Source of the DNA: Terriglobales bacterium
Lineage (GTDB): Bacteria; Acidobacteriota; Terriglobia; Terriglobales; SCQP01
Assembly: GCA_035531375.1 (NCBI GenBank)
Contig: DATKSZ010000014.1
Location: 23,031 to 87,030 of the forward strand
Reading direction: 5' to 3'
Length of the DNA: 64,000 nt
Each line of letters begins with the position of its first letter. Position 1 is the first letter of the stretch. This document shows, piece by piece, positions 28,565 to 38,968 of this stretch. The position numbers and the translations under genes were made by a program. The notes under the pieces were generated by a model. The model searched no databases. It worked only from the letters and a program-made list of their open reading frames with translations, and was not told the DNA's origin.

Positions 28565-30676
28565 ATGCCGACGACGGAGAACCAAACGGGCCCGCCCCAG
28601 GCCACCGCCGCCCATGCCCGGGCGCGCACGGCGCGCCTGCTGGCCCAACTGCGCCGCTCCACCCTCGCCAAAATTACCCTCGCCATCGGCGCCCTCTGGC
28701 TGCTGGCCGCGCTTCCCCTGCTGCTGGGGCAGCCCCCCTGGCCTTGGTTCGGCTTCTTCCGTGTCGCCTTCACCATCGCCGTGTTCCTGCTGCTCGTCCG
28801 CCTGGTGCACCTGCTCGCCATCGAGACCCTCTGGCTGCTGCGCAACCGCCTCATCCTCGCCTATGTCTTCATGGGCGTGGTCCCGGTGCTGCTCATCGCC
28901 GGCATGCTGGCCATCGGCACCTACATGTTCTACGGCCAGTACGCCGCCTACCTGCTGGTCAGCGAACTCAACGACCACACCAAAAACGTGGGCGCGGTCA
29001 ACACCCTCACCGTGCGCGAGCTCGAGCGCCACCCCAACCGCGCCAATGACGGTCCCGGGCTGAGCGACTACTACGCCAGCTACTATTTCCCCCGCGGCTT
29101 CGGCGGCGTCCACTCCTACTTCTACGACGCCCACGGCGTGCCCGAAAACCCCGCCTCCGGCCGCTTCGGCCCCCTCAGCGGCTGGCTGAGCGGCAACTTC
29201 CTCGGCCTCATCGCCCGCCCCAACGGCTACTCCATCGCCAGCTTCGGCATCGCCCGGGCCGCCGAGCCCGAGCGCATCCTCACCCTCTATCCCCTCGGCG
29301 CCCGCAATCTCAACACCCTGGCCGCGCCCCTGGGCCAGATCTCGCTGGGCGCCTCCGGCTTCATCAACCTGGAGGGCTCCGCCAGCGCCCTCCCCGCCGC
29401 TCCCACCCCGCCCGCCCCGCTGCTGGCCAGCACTCTGCCCCTCCGCCCCCGCGGCAGCGTCTTCGACATCCGCATCACCGCCTGGGCCTTCATCCCCGTC
29501 ACCGACTGGCAGACCGGCAAGCAGCGCAACGTCATCGCCACCATCACCACCCGCCCCTCGCTGCTCAACGACAAGCTCTTCGCCAGCTTCCAGAGCGGCC
29601 CCAACCCCTCCCTCGCCTCCGACTGGCCCCTGCTGCTGCTGGGCTTGATCGCCGTCGGCTTCCTCATCATCGAGTTCTTCTCCCTGGTGGCCGGCATCCG
29701 CCTCACCCGCACCATCACCGGCGCCGTCAACGACCTCTACATCGGCACCGAGCACATCAACCGCGGCGAGTTCGGCCACCGCATCCCGGTGCGCACCCGC
29801 GACCAGTTGGCCGCCCTCGAGATCAGCTTCAACAACATGTCCGCCTCCATCCAGCGCCTGCTGGAGGAGCAGCGCCAGAAGCAGCGCCTGGAGAGCGAGC
29901 TCAGCATCGCCCACGAGGTCCAGACCCAGCTCTTTCCCCGCATCCCGCCGGTGGTGGCCGGCCTCGAGATCCAGGGCCGCTGCCTCCCCGCCCGGGTGGT
30001 GAGCGGCGACTACTACGACTTCCTGCAGTTGAGCCCCTCCCGCGTCAGCCTGGCCCTGGGCGACATCAGCGGCAAAGGCATCTCCGCCGCCCTGCTCATG
30101 GCCACCATCGTCTCCGCCGTGCGCGCCTACCAGCCCGGCGCCGCCGACCGCGTGGTCGGCGTCGCCGCTGGCCAGGCCGCCCCCTCCCGCCCCGCCCCCG
30201 CCGAGGACGAGGCCGATCCCGCCCGCCTGCTCGAGCGCCTCAACCGCCAGCTCTTCCACTCCACCCCGCCGGAAAAGTACGCCACCCTCTTCTATGCCGT
30301 CTACGACGGCGAGCGCCGCGAGCTGCGCTACACCAACGCCGGCCACCTGCCCCCGGTCATCCTCGGCGCCTCCGGCCGCCGCCGCCTCGACCGCGGCGGC
30401 ATGGTCATCGGCCTCTTCGAAAACGTCGCCTTCGAGGAGGCCGTCGTCCGCCTCGAGCCCGGCGACCTGCTCGCCGCCTGGAGCGACGGCATCACCGAGC
30501 CCGAAAACGAATATGGCGTCGAGTTCGGCGAACCCCGCCTGCTGCAGTTGCTCGAGGCCAACCGCCACCGCCCCCTCGCCGACATCGTCGCCGCCATCCT
30601 CGACGGCGTCCACGATTGGAGCGGCGCCGAAGAGCAGGCCGACGACATCACCCTCCTGCTCGCCCGCGTGACCTAG
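28565..30676 (+). CDS. Membrane-bound PP2C/SpoIIE family protein phosphatase with HAMP-like linker
   Basis: N-terminal TM segments are followed by a large extracytoplasmic loop, a second TM and a HAMP-like helix. The SpoIIE motifs are AHEVQTQLFP, VSGDYYDF, GDISGKGISAALLMA and DDITLLLARV. Confidence 0.85.
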   Translation: MPTTENQTGPPQATAAHARARTARLLAQLRRSTLAKITLAIGALWLLAALPLLLGQPPWPWFGFFRVAFTIAVFLLLVRLVHLLAIETLWLLRNRLILAYVFMGVVPVLLIAGMLAIGTYMFYGQYAAYLLVSELNDHTKNVGAVNTLTVRELERHPNRANDGPGLSDYYASYYFPRGFGGVHSYFYDAHGVPENPASGRFGPLSGWLSGNFLGLIARPNGYSIASFGIARAAEPERILTLYPLGARNLNTLAAPLGQISLGASGFINLEGSASALPAAPTPPAPLLASTLPLRPRGSVFDIRITAWAFIPVTDWQTGKQRNVIATITTRPSLLNDKLFASFQSGPNPSLASDWPLLLLGLIAVGFLIIEFFSLVAGIRLTRTITGAVNDLYIGTEHINRGEFGHRIPVRTRDQLAALEISFNNMSASIQRLLEEQRQKQRLESELSIAHEVQTQLFPRIPPVVAGLEIQGRCLPARVVSGDYYDFLQLSPSRVSLALGDISGKGISAALLMATIVSAVRAYQPGAADRVVGVAAGQAAPSRPAPAEDEADPARLLERLNRQLFHSTPPEKYATLFYAVYDGERRELRYTNAGHLPPVILGASGRRRLDRGGMVIGLFENVAFEEAVVRLEPGDLLAAWSDGITEPENEYGVEFGEPRLLQLLEANRHRPLADIVAAILDGVHDWSGAEEQADDITLLLARVT

Positions 30677-30703
30677 TCTAGCCCCGCAGGCCGCTGCCGC
30701 GCC

Positions 30704-31036
30704 CTACAGCCTCCCCCAGAACGCGAACGCCACCGCCCCCAGGATGCACACCAGCGACCCCAGGTAGTTCCAGCGCAGGTCCTCGCCCAGGTAGAGCCAG
30801 GCGAACACCACGAACACGCTGAGCGTGATGATCTCCTGGATGATCTTGAGCTGGTAGGCGGTGAACTCGCCGTAGCCGATGCGGTTGGCCGGCACCTGGA
30901 ACATGTACTCGAAAAAGGCGATGCCCCAACTGATGAGCACCACCTTCCACAGCGGCACCTGGCGGAACTTGAGGTGGCCGTACCAGGCGATGGTCATGAA
31001 GGTGTTGGAGACGATCAGCAGCAGCACGGTGCGCAT
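30704..31036 (-). CDS. DMT-superfamily small membrane protein (DUF486-like)
   Basis: This is the C-terminal part of track ORF 30704..31621, starting at ATG 31036: MRTVLLLIVSNTFMTIAWYGHLKF...FEYMFQVPANRIGY...QLKIIQEIITL. It is 110 aa with 4 TM. Family recognition is from memory. Confidence 0.75.
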   Translation of the reverse strand: MRTVLLLIVSNTFMTIAWYGHLKFRQVPLWKVVLISWGIAFFEYMFQVPANRIGYGEFTAYQLKIIQEIITLSVFVVFAWLYLGEDLRWNYLGSLVCILGAVAFAFWGRL

Positions 31037-31044
31037 ACGGAATT

Positions 31045-31806
31045 CTAGCCGCGCCGGTGCTGGCCGCGGTAGAACCCGTCCAGCCCGGGCGGCGAGCGGG
31101 TGAGCGCCCCCAGCCGCCGCATCCGCTCCAGCGCCAGCTCCACCCAGCGCAGCGCAAAGGCCTCGCCCACCAGCCCCGGCCGGCAATACAGCATCGCCGA
31201 CTCGCCCTCGAACGGCAGCGCCACGATGCGCCAGCCCGGGTCCCCCACCGCCGCCTCCGCCAGCGCCGCCCACTGCTTCGGCCGCAGGTAGAGCCGCGTG
31301 AGCCGGTCGCGCCGCCCCCACTCCGTCTGCCGCTGCGCCGCGGCGATGTTGCTGACAAAGGCCGCCCGCCGCGCCACCCGCCCGATCGCCGCCAGCGCCG
31401 CCCGCGCCGGCTCCGCCTCCAGGTATTGCAGCACCCCGTTGCACCACACCAGGTCGAAGCTGCCGGCGCCAAACGGCGGACGGGCGCAATCCGCCCGCAC
31501 CGTCCACTCCCCGCCCCCCGCCCGCGCCGCCCAGCCCACCGCGTAGCTGCTGGCGTCCACCCCCACCACCCGCACCCCCAGGTCCTGGCGCGCATAGGCC
31601 GCCAAGGCGCCCTTGCCGCAACCCAGGTCCAGCACGCTCTCCGCCTCCGCCAGCTCGATCAGGCTCGAGAGCTGCGCCTCGACGATGGCAAAGTAGTCGG
31701 GGTAGTAGCCGTACCCCCGCACCTCGTCCCCGCCCTTGAGCCCCGGCGGAAAGTCCGGATCCTCGAAGTAGCGCTCCTCGAAGTGGCGCTCCTCGAAACC
31801 GCTCAC
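31045..31806 (-). CDS. Class I SAM-dependent methyltransferase
   Basis: VLDLGCGKGALAAY is SAM motif I, followed by VVGVDASS and FDLVWCNGVLQYLE. The GTG start overlaps the stop of the upstream small ORF (GTGA). The N-terminus contains a 15-bp tandem repeat encoding EERHFEERYFE. Confidence 0.8.
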   Translation of the reverse strand: MSGFEERHFEERYFEDPDFPPGLKGGDEVRGYGYYPDYFAIVEAQLSSLIELAEAESVLDLGCGKGALAAYARQDLGVRVVGVDASSYAVGWAARAGGGEWTVRADCARPPFGAGSFDLVWCNGVLQYLEAEPARAALAAIGRVARRAAFVSNIAAAQRQTEWGRRDRLTRLYLRPKQWAALAEAAVGDPGWRIVALPFEGESAMLYCRPGLVGEAFALRWVELALERMRRLGALTRSPPGLDGFYRGQHRRG

Positions 31807-31997
31807 TCCCGCGCCCCGCGGTCGCCCCGCGGTTCCGACTCCGGATGCTTGGCCAGGTCGAACTTGTGCTTCGCCTGGGGGCGGTGCCGCCGGTCCGAGA
31901 CCAGCGAGGTCGGCGGCACCGGCCCCACCTGCACCCGCGCCATCTCCTTCGCCAGCTTCACCGCCGTGAGCTTGCCCGGTTTGGTTTTCTTGGCCAT
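31803..31997 (-). CDS. Hypothetical small basic protein (64 aa)
   Basis: MAKKTKPGKLTAVKLAKEMARVQVGPVPPTSLVSDRRHRPQAKHKFDLAKHPESEPRGDRGARE. GGGGAAGG lies directly upstream of the ATG. Third-position GC is high, and the ORF is translationally coupled to the methyltransferase. Confidence 0.45.
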   Translation of the reverse strand: MAKKTKPGKLTAVKLAKEMARVQVGPVPPTSLVSDRRHRPQAKHKFDLAKHPESEPRGDRGARE

Positions 31998-32121
31998 CCT
32001 TCCCCTATTGTATTCCCGCCGCCGCTGTGGGCCGGCACCTGACCCGGCCGCCCTGCCTGACCCCAGGGGCGTCGGTGCGCTAAGATGGCTGGGAAGTGTC
32101 CAACTCTCGAGGGACTCTGGC

Positions 32122-32640
32122 ATGAAAACCTACCCACTCGCCTTGGCGGCGGGCCTGCTCGCCGCCGCCAGCCTGCTGCCGGCGCAGGCGCCGACGGCGT
32201 CTGCCAAGCTGGTCGCCGCCCAGGACGCGGCCCGCGCCAACACCGCCTTCCAGGCCCGCCATTACCTCGCCACCGCCGCCATCGCCCATGCCATGGGCGC
32301 GCCCCTGGGCCCGCTCACCGATGCCCACGGCCGTGCCCTGCCCGCCAACCTCGCCGCCGCCAACCTCGCCGCCGACGCCGGCAAATCCTACCGCGAGGTC
32401 TCCCCCGACCAAGCCCAGATACTCGCCAATCAGGGCATCCTGGTGATCGTCGCCTGGGCCAACCCCGCCGGCAACGGCCACCTCGCCACCGTCCGCCCCG
32501 AGGGCATTGGCGGCGACCCCATCCACCCCGCCAGCCGTGAGCCCATCATCAACAACGTCGGCGTGGACGTCGCCATCGAGGGCGTCAACTGGGCCTTCCG
32601 CAAGGGCGATACCCTGCACTACTACACCCCCGCCGGGTAG
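32122..32640 (+). CDS. Secreted hypothetical protein (172 aa)
   Basis: Track ORF 31057..32640 trimmed to ATG 32122. The signal peptide is MKTYPLALAAGLLAAASLLPAQA. The mature part has no Cys and no motif I recognise. Confidence 0.65.
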   Translation: MKTYPLALAAGLLAAASLLPAQAPTASAKLVAAQDAARANTAFQARHYLATAAIAHAMGAPLGPLTDAHGRALPANLAAANLAADAGKSYREVSPDQAQILANQGILVIVAWANPAGNGHLATVRPEGIGGDPIHPASREPIINNVGVDVAIEGVNWAFRKGDTLHYYTPAG

Positions 32641-32644
32641 CCGC

Positions 32645-33436
32645 CTACAGCGCACCCTTGTAGAAGCCGCCGTCCACCAGCAGGCTCTGCCCGGTGATAT
32701 AGCTGGCGCGCTCGGAGGCGAGGTAGACGACCGCGTCGGCGAACTCCTGCGGCGTGGCCAGCCGCCGCAGCGCGGTGTTGCGGCTCCAGTTCTCGTAGGC
32801 GGCCTCGCGCGGCACCCCGTCGGCCAGCGCCTTCACCTGCGCCAGCTCGTTCAGCCGCTCGGTCAGGGTGTAGCCCGGGCACACGTTGTTCACCAGAATC
32901 CCGTAGGGGCCATACTCGTTCGCCAGCGTGCGCACCAGCCCCGGCACCGCGCCCCGCACCGTGTTCGACAGCACCAGCCCGTCAATCGGCTGCTTCACCG
33001 CCACCGAGCTGATCATCAGGAAGCGCCCCCAGCCGGCGCGCTGCATGTGCGGCAGCACGTGCTTGGCGAAACAAACGTGGCTCAGCAGGTTGAGGTTGAC
33101 CGCCGCCTGCCACTCCTCGATCGTGGTGGTGGCGAAAGGCTTGGCCGGCGGCCCGCCCGCGTTGGTGACGCAGACATCGAGCCGTCCGAACTCGGCCGCC
33201 GCGCCCTCCACGAACGCGGCCACGGCGCCGGGATCGGTGACATCCAGCGCCCGCGTCCACACCCGCACCCCGTGCTGCTGGCGGATGGCCGCGGCCACCG
33301 CCTCGATGCGCTCCGGGCTGCGCGAGCACAGCGCCAAGTGCGCCCCCTCGGCCGCCAAGCCCTCGGCCACCGCCCGCCCCAGTCCCGCGCTGGAGGCGGC
33401 CACCATCGCCACCCGATCTTTCAGTCCCATATTCAT
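32645..33436 (-). CDS. SDR family oxidoreductase
   Basis: A variant TGxxxGxG motif is present ([23 protein letters not shown]). NAGG is present. The S...V..P..G.. catalytic region is an atypical SDR. The start overlaps the leuD stop (ATGA). Confidence 0.85.
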   Translation of the reverse strand: MNMGLKDRVAMVAASSAGLGRAVAEGLAAEGAHLALCSRSPERIEAVAAAIRQQHGVRVWTRALDVTDPGAVAAFVEGAAAEFGRLDVCVTNAGGPPAKPFATTTIEEWQAAVNLNLLSHVCFAKHVLPHMQRAGWGRFLMISSVAVKQPIDGLVLSNTVRGAVPGLVRTLANEYGPYGILVNNVCPGYTLTERLNELAQVKALADGVPREAAYENWSRNTALRRLATPQEFADAVVYLASERASYITGQSLLVDGGFYKGAL

Positions 33437-33978
33437 GGACGCACCTCATAGGCAAGGATTTCGGCCTCGTGGCGCAGCGTCAGCGCGATGTCGTCCAGCC
33501 CCTCCACCAGGCACTGCTTGCGGAACGGGTCCATCTCGAAGCCGATCGCCGCTCCCGCCCCCCGCACCTGCTGCCCCGGCAGATCCACCGTCAGCTCCTC
33601 CGCCTGGAACAGCGGCCGCAGCGTCGGCTCCGCCACCCGCACCGGCAGCAACCCGTTCTGGCAGCAGTTGTTGTAGAAAATGTCGCCAAACGAGGGAGCA
33701 ATCACGCAGCGGATGCCGTAGTCCAGCAGCGCCCAGGGAGCGTGCTCGCGCGAACTGCCGCAGCCAAAGTTCTCCCCCGCCACCAGGATGCTGGCGCCCT
33801 GGTATTGCGGCTGGTTGAGCACAAAGCCGGGGTCCTGGCGCCAGGCGTAAAACAGCCCCCGCCCCAGCCCGGCGCGCCCGGTGGTCAGCAGAAACTGCTT
33901 GGGAATGATCTGGTCGGTGTCCACGTGGGCGCGGTCCAGCGGCAGCACGCGGCCGGTGAGTACGGTGAAGGGTTTCAT
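33433..33978 (-). CDS. leuD: 3-isopropylmalate dehydratase small subunit
   Basis: [30 protein letters not shown]...[17 protein letters not shown]...[11 protein letters not shown] is canonical LeuD. There is an ATGA overlap with leuC. Confidence 0.9.
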   Translation of the reverse strand: MKPFTVLTGRVLPLDRAHVDTDQIIPKQFLLTTGRAGLGRGLFYAWRQDPGFVLNQPQYQGASILVAGENFGCGSSREHAPWALLDYGIRCVIAPSFGDIFYNNCCQNGLLPVRVAEPTLRPLFQAEELTVDLPGQQVRGAGAAIGFEMDPFRKQCLVEGLDDIALTLRHEAEILAYEVRP

Positions 33979-35393
33979 ATCCACTCCCGAATGTCGGTGA
34001 AGTGCCCGGCCACCGCCGCGGCCGCAGCCATGGCCGGGCTGACCAGATGGGTGCGCCCGCCCGCCCCCTGCCGCCCCTCGAAATTGCGGTTGCTGGTCGA
34101 GGCGCAGCGCTCCCCCGGGCGCAGGATATCGGGGTTCATCCCCAGGCACATGCTGCAGCCGGGCTGCCGCCACTCGAATCCCGCCTCCCGGAAGATGCGG
34201 TCCAGGCCGCGCGCCTCCGCCGCCCGCAGCACCGGCACCGAGCCCGGCACCACCATGGCGCGCACCCCCGCCGCCACCCGCCGCCCCCGCACCACCGCCG
34301 CCGCCCGCTCCAGGTCCTCCAGCCGCGCGTTGGTGCAGGAGCCGATGAACACCCGGTCCACCGCGATCTCGCGCATGGGCGTGCCCGGCTTCAGGTCCAT
34401 GTAGGCCAGCGCCCGCGCCGCCGCCTGCCGCTCGCCCGCGTCCGCCATCGCCGCCGGGTCCGGCACCGCGCCGCTGATCGGCGCCACCATCCCTGGGCTG
34501 GTGCCCCACGTCACCTGGGGCGCGATCTCGCCCGCCTCGAAGCGCAGCTCCCGGTCGAAGCTGGCGCCCGGGTCGCTGGCCAGCCCCCGCCACCCCGCCG
34601 CCGCCTGCTCCAAGGCCTCCCCCTGCGGCGCGAACGGCCGCCCGCGCAAATACTCGATCGTCACCTCGTCCGGCGCCACCATCCCCGCCCGCGCCCCCGC
34701 CTCGATCGACATGTTGCACACCGTCATCCGCTCTTCCATCGACAGCGCCCGGATGGTGCTGCCGGCGTACTCGATCACGTGCCCGGTGGCACCCGCCGTG
34801 CCGATCCGCCCAATCACGTGCAGGATCAGATCCTTGGCCGTCGCCCCCGCCCCCAACTCCCCCTCCACCACCAGCCGCAGCGTGCGCGGCCGCCGCTGCC
34901 ACAGGCATTGCGTGGCGAATACGTGCTCCACCTCGCTGGTGCCGATGCCAAACGCCAGCGCCCCCACCGCCCCGTGCGTCGAGGTGTGGCTGTCGCCGCA
35001 CACGATCACCATCCCCGGCTGCGATAGCCCCTGCTCCGGCGCAATCACGTGCACAATCCCCTGCTCCGGGCTCTCCAGGTCGTAGAGCCGCACCCCGTGC
35101 TCGCGGCAGTTCTCCGCCAGCGCCGCCAGTTGCGCCGCCGCCTCCTGGTCCAGGATGGCGAACGGCCGCGGATCGGTGGGCACGTCGTGGTCCATGGTGG
35201 CGAAGGTCTTGTCCGGCCGCCGCAGCCGCCGCCCGGCGGCGCGCAGCCCGGCGAAGGCCTGCGGCGAGGTCACCTCGTGGATCAGGTGCAGGTCCACGTA
35301 GAGCAGGCTCGGCTGCCCCGGCGGCTGGCAGACGACGTGGCGCTCCCAGATCTTGTCAAACAGGGTTTGCGGCGGGTGGGTCGGGTGGGGCAT
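33975..35393 (-). CDS. leuC: 3-isopropylmalate dehydratase large subunit
   Basis: Track ORF trimmed to ATG 35393: [21 protein letters not shown]...[15 protein letters not shown]. The aconitase Fe-S ligand motifs are VCGDSHT, GSCTN and CSMCLGMN. Confidence 0.95.
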   Translation of the reverse strand: MPHPTHPPQTLFDKIWERHVVCQPPGQPSLLYVDLHLIHEVTSPQAFAGLRAAGRRLRRPDKTFATMDHDVPTDPRPFAILDQEAAAQLAALAENCREHGVRLYDLESPEQGIVHVIAPEQGLSQPGMVIVCGDSHTSTHGAVGALAFGIGTSEVEHVFATQCLWQRRPRTLRLVVEGELGAGATAKDLILHVIGRIGTAGATGHVIEYAGSTIRALSMEERMTVCNMSIEAGARAGMVAPDEVTIEYLRGRPFAPQGEALEQAAAGWRGLASDPGASFDRELRFEAGEIAPQVTWGTSPGMVAPISGAVPDPAAMADAGERQAAARALAYMDLKPGTPMREIAVDRVFIGSCTNARLEDLERAAAVVRGRRVAAGVRAMVVPGSVPVLRAAEARGLDRIFREAGFEWRQPGCSMCLGMNPDILRPGERCASTSNRNFEGRQGAGGRTHLVSPAMAAAAAVAGHFTDIREWI

Positions 35394-35397
35394 GGCG

Positions 35398-37254
35398 TTA
35401 GCGCGGCGCGAGCGGCTGCAGCAGCTCGTCCAGGTAGTCCGGCCGGCTGGGGTCGCGCACCAGCCGCGGTGCCTTCGGTCCCCCATGGTAGTCCACCAGG
35501 CAGGTCTTGTAGTAGTCGTCGTTTTCCACCAGCAGCTCGATCGGCTTGCGGCTGCTCGGGCTGGCGATCACCGCGTCGTCCAGCAGCGCCCGGGTGTACA
35601 GCCGTCCGTTGACCCCTAGGATCCGCATCCCCGGCGCGATGCCCGCCTGGAACGCCGGCCCGTTCATGATCGCGTCCGCCACCTCGCCGTCCGAGCCCAC
35701 GCTCAGGCCCAGCGAGTACAGCAGGTCCCCGGCGCCGCGGCTGTCGCTGCCCGCCAGCTCATAGCGCCAGCCGCTGGCCTCGATCCCGCCCAAAGGGGGC
35801 GTGGGCGAGGTGGAGTTGAGCCGCTGTTGGAAAAACCCCGCCCAATCGTAGGGCACCACCTGGTTGAGCGCCGCCACCAGGTCGTCGAAGGTGTAGGTCT
35901 TGAGCTCCGGCCCGTTGTTGGGCCCGCCGTAGAAGAGATGGAAGAAGTCCTCCATGGACTTCGCCCCGTGGCTCTGGTCGTGGATGATGGTGGCCACCTC
36001 CAGCCACAGCAGGCTGCCCTCTTCGTAGTAATCCGTCCCGCGCCGCCAGTTCCACCACCCATAGCGGCCGTCCTCGAACATCCCTGGCACCGCCACCGCC
36101 GTGTCCAGCAGCGGACGCCACGTCCGTCCCGGCCGCCCCGGTCCCAGCTCCGCCGCCGTGTCCGCCAAGAAGCGCCGGTACTCGCCGTCCGTCCACAGCC
36201 CGCTGCGCGCCGCCTCGAAGTTGCCCAAAAAGTCCGTCAGCCCCTCGTAGACCCACAGCAGATCGTCCCGCATCGGCGCCTGGTAGGGGGCCGAGGCCAA
36301 GTCCGCCGGCCGCCGGAACTTGCCGTTCCAGGAGTGGATGAACTCGTGCGGCAGCAACTCCCCCACCATGTAGGCGGCCTCCGGCCCCAGCATCGTCCGC
36401 TCTGGCAGCCGGCTGTCGTCGCTCTCGTGGTGCTCCAGCCCAAAGTGCGCCACGTGGTCGCTCAGCGTCAGCAGGAAGTGATAGTCGCGGTAGTGGCGCG
36501 CGCCGAACAGCTTCCCCGTCTCCGCCACCAGGTTGATCATCCCTTGCCGCACCTGCGGCGGCACCTCCAGCGCCTGCGGGCTGTCCGCCACGATGTCGAG
36601 CTCATGGTGGATGGGCTCCCCCGGCGGGGTGATGTCCATCGCCCGGTAATACTCCCCCGCGATCACCGGCGAGTCCACCAGCCGCGTCAGGCTGGTGGTC
36701 TGGAAGGTCACCTCCGCGCCCGCGGCGTGCTCCACCGGCAGCGCCGTGCCATAGTTCCACTCCGGCGGCAGCTTCAGCCGCACCGCCACCTGGATCTGGT
36801 GCGCCGGCGTGTCCGCCGGGTAGAGCAGGTTCTGGTTCCAGTTGATGTCCACCAGCTTGGCGGTGGCCGAGCTGCCGGCGGTGAAGTTGCCCGAGGAAGC
36901 CTCCAGAAAATCAAAGGCGACCTCGAGCTGGCTCACCCCCGGCGGAATGTCGAGATGGAAGGTGAAGACGTCGCCCAGGTCGCGCGTCCAGGGGATGACC
37001 TTGCCGTTGCCGGTGAACACCAGCCCGGTGACGTTGCCGATGGGCCCGTCCGGCTCGTGCTCGCCCGGGATCCATTTGGGGTAGAGCAGCGTCAGCGGCC
37101 CGGGGTGCACCGCCATCACCATGTGGGTGTAGATCACCTTCTGCGGCGCCTGCGAGGCGTCCACCGTCAGCGCGATCGGCGCCTGCGCCCGGGCGGCCGC
37201 GGCCAGCAACACAACGCCCAGGACCGGCATCAGCAAGCGGCGGGGAAGGGGCAT
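35398..37254 (-). CDS. M61 family glycyl aminopeptidase with C-terminal PDZ-like domain
   Basis: A signal peptide is present. The [14 protein letters not shown] motif is the HExxH of M61. The C-terminal segment [35 protein letters not shown] is PDZ-like. Its stop lies only 4 nt upstream of the leuC start. Confidence 0.9.
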   Translation of the reverse strand: MPLPRRLLMPVLGVVLLAAAARAQAPIALTVDASQAPQKVIYTHMVMAVHPGPLTLLYPKWIPGEHEPDGPIGNVTGLVFTGNGKVIPWTRDLGDVFTFHLDIPPGVSQLEVAFDFLEASSGNFTAGSSATAKLVDINWNQNLLYPADTPAHQIQVAVRLKLPPEWNYGTALPVEHAAGAEVTFQTTSLTRLVDSPVIAGEYYRAMDITPPGEPIHHELDIVADSPQALEVPPQVRQGMINLVAETGKLFGARHYRDYHFLLTLSDHVAHFGLEHHESDDSRLPERTMLGPEAAYMVGELLPHEFIHSWNGKFRRPADLASAPYQAPMRDDLLWVYEGLTDFLGNFEAARSGLWTDGEYRRFLADTAAELGPGRPGRTWRPLLDTAVAVPGMFEDGRYGWWNWRRGTDYYEEGSLLWLEVATIIHDQSHGAKSMEDFFHLFYGGPNNGPELKTYTFDDLVAALNQVVPYDWAGFFQQRLNSTSPTPPLGGIEASGWRYELAGSDSRGAGDLLYSLGLSVGSDGEVADAIMNGPAFQAGIAPGMRILGVNGRLYTRALLDDAVIASPSSRKPIELLVENDDYYKTCLVDYHGGPKAPRLVRDPSRPDYLDELLQPLAPR

Positions 37255-37310
37255 GGCGAACCTCCAGGCACGAATCCATATAATCGCATGAGGCTTGCCC
37301 CGGGATCAAA

Positions 37311-38342
37311 GTGGGAGTGGAAGCCCAGTTCGCGCATTGGCTGCCGGCCCTGCTCACCGCCGCGCTGGTGCTGGCGGCGCTGGGGGCGGGGCAGTGGGCC
37401 CTCGCCCGCTGGCTGCGCCCCTGGGCCTCCGGGCGGGCACTGGCCGCCCTCCTCCGCCGCACCCTGCGGGCAGTGGCAGTGCTGTTGCTGGCCCTGCTGG
37501 CCCTGCGCGGCAGCGGCCTGGGCGTGCCCCGCCTCACTTGGCCCCTGCTGGCCGGCTGGCTCCTCGGCCCCGGCCTCCGCATCCTCTTCATCTTCCTCGG
37601 CGCCTTCCTGCTGGCGCGCGCCGCCGACTTCTTCATCGCCCACCTGCAGCAGGCGCTGGCGGCCCCCGCCGCCGCCCCGCACGACGCCGCCGAGCGCCGC
37701 AAGCGCATTGACACCTTGGGCCGCCTGCTGCGCGGCCTCGCCACCCTGGTGCTCTTCGGCATCGCCACCCTGATGGCGCTGCGCGAGCTCCACATGGACA
37801 TCACCCCCATCCTCACCGGCGCCGGCGTGGCCGGCGTCGCCCTCGGCTTTGGCGCCCAGACGCTGGTCAAAGACCTCATCGCCGGCGTCTTCCTCATCCT
37901 CGAAAACCAAATCCGCGTCGGCGACATCATCACCATCAACGGCAAGACCGGCCTGGTCGAGTCCCTGCGCCTGCGCATCCTGGTGCTGCGCGGCGCCGAC
38001 GGCGCCGTCTACATCTTCCACAATGGCGCCATCAGCGAGTACGCCAACTTGACCAAGGACTTCGCCTACGCCGTGCTCGACGTGGGCGTGGCCCCGCAGC
38101 AGGATCTGGGCCGGGTGACGGCGCTGCTACAAGCCGTAGGCGACAGCCTCGTCCGCGACCCCGCCTTCGCCGCCAAGATCCTCGCCCCGGCCGAGATCCT
38201 GGGCGTGGAGTCGCTGGGCCCGACCTCCGTCGGCCTCCGCCTGCGCATCCGCACCGCCCCCATGGAGCAGTGGGCGGTGGACCGCGAGCTCCGCCGCCGG
38301 GTGCAGGAGCAGTTCGCCGCCGCCAAGATCGCCCTCGCCTAA
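37311..38342 (+). CDS. Mechanosensitive ion channel, MscS family
   Basis: The TM3-beta domain signature is GAQTLVKDLIAGVFLILENQIRVGDIITINGKTGLVESLRLRILVLRGADGAVYIFHNG. The start is GTG, and TATAAT lies at 37279-37284 upstream. Confidence 0.85.
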   Translation: MGVEAQFAHWLPALLTAALVLAALGAGQWALARWLRPWASGRALAALLRRTLRAVAVLLLALLALRGSGLGVPRLTWPLLAGWLLGPGLRILFIFLGAFLLARAADFFIAHLQQALAAPAAAPHDAAERRKRIDTLGRLLRGLATLVLFGIATLMALRELHMDITPILTGAGVAGVALGFGAQTLVKDLIAGVFLILENQIRVGDIITINGKTGLVESLRLRILVLRGADGAVYIFHNGAISEYANLTKDFAYAVLDVGVAPQQDLGRVTALLQAVGDSLVRDPAFAAKILAPAEILGVESLGPTSVGLRLRIRTAPMEQWAVDRELRRRVQEQFAAAKIALA

Positions 38343-38380
38343 GCCCTGGAGTGCGCCGCCGGCCGGCGCCGTTCTCGCGC

Positions 38381-38968
38381 CTAGCCCCCCACCGTCTTCA
38401 TGCAGAAGGCGAAAAGTTGGTCGAAGCCCGCCCCGGGATGGGCTTGCAGCGCGCGCTGCGCCGCCTTCTGCGCCAGCGCCGGGGGGTAGCCCAAGTTCAC
38501 CAGCGCGCTCACCACGTCCTCGGCCGCGGGCGTGCCCGCCGCCGCCCCCGCCTCCTCGCCCGCCCCCGCCGGCATCTTGTCGCGCAGCTCGACCACCAGC
38601 CGCTCCGCCGTCTTCTTCCCCACCCCCGGAATCGAGCTCAGCCGCGCCAAGTCGCCCGCCCGCAGCGCCGCCCCCAGCGCCTCCGGCGACAGCCCCGACA
38701 AGATCGCCAGCCCCAGCTTTGGCCCCACCCCGTTCACCGTGATCAGCTTCTCGAACAGCAGCTTCTCGCCCGCGGTGGCGAAGCCAAAGAGCTGGATGGC
38801 GTCGTCGCGCACCTGGGTGTGGACGTGCAGCGCCACCGCCGCCCCTGTCTCCGGCAGTTGCGTGTAGGTCCCCACCGGCACCTGCAGCTCGTAGCCCACC
38901 CCGTGCACGTCCAGCACGATGCGCGCCGGATGGCGGTGCCGCAGCATCCCGCTGAGGTAGGCAATCAC
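38381..38968 (-). CDS. ruvA: Holliday junction branch migration complex subunit RuvA
   Basis: GTG 38968 gives (M)IAYLSGMLRH...VLDVHGVGYELQVP. The HhH motifs are LITVNGVGPKLGLAILS and LSSIPGVGKKTAERLVVEL. There is a GTGA overlap with mqnA. Confidence 0.9.
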   Translation of the reverse strand: MIAYLSGMLRHRHPARIVLDVHGVGYELQVPVGTYTQLPETGAAVALHVHTQVRDDAIQLFGFATAGEKLLFEKLITVNGVGPKLGLAILSGLSPEALGAALRAGDLARLSSIPGVGKKTAERLVVELRDKMPAGAGEEAGAAAGTPAAEDVVSALVNLGYPPALAQKAAQRALQAHPGAGFDQLFAFCMKTVGG

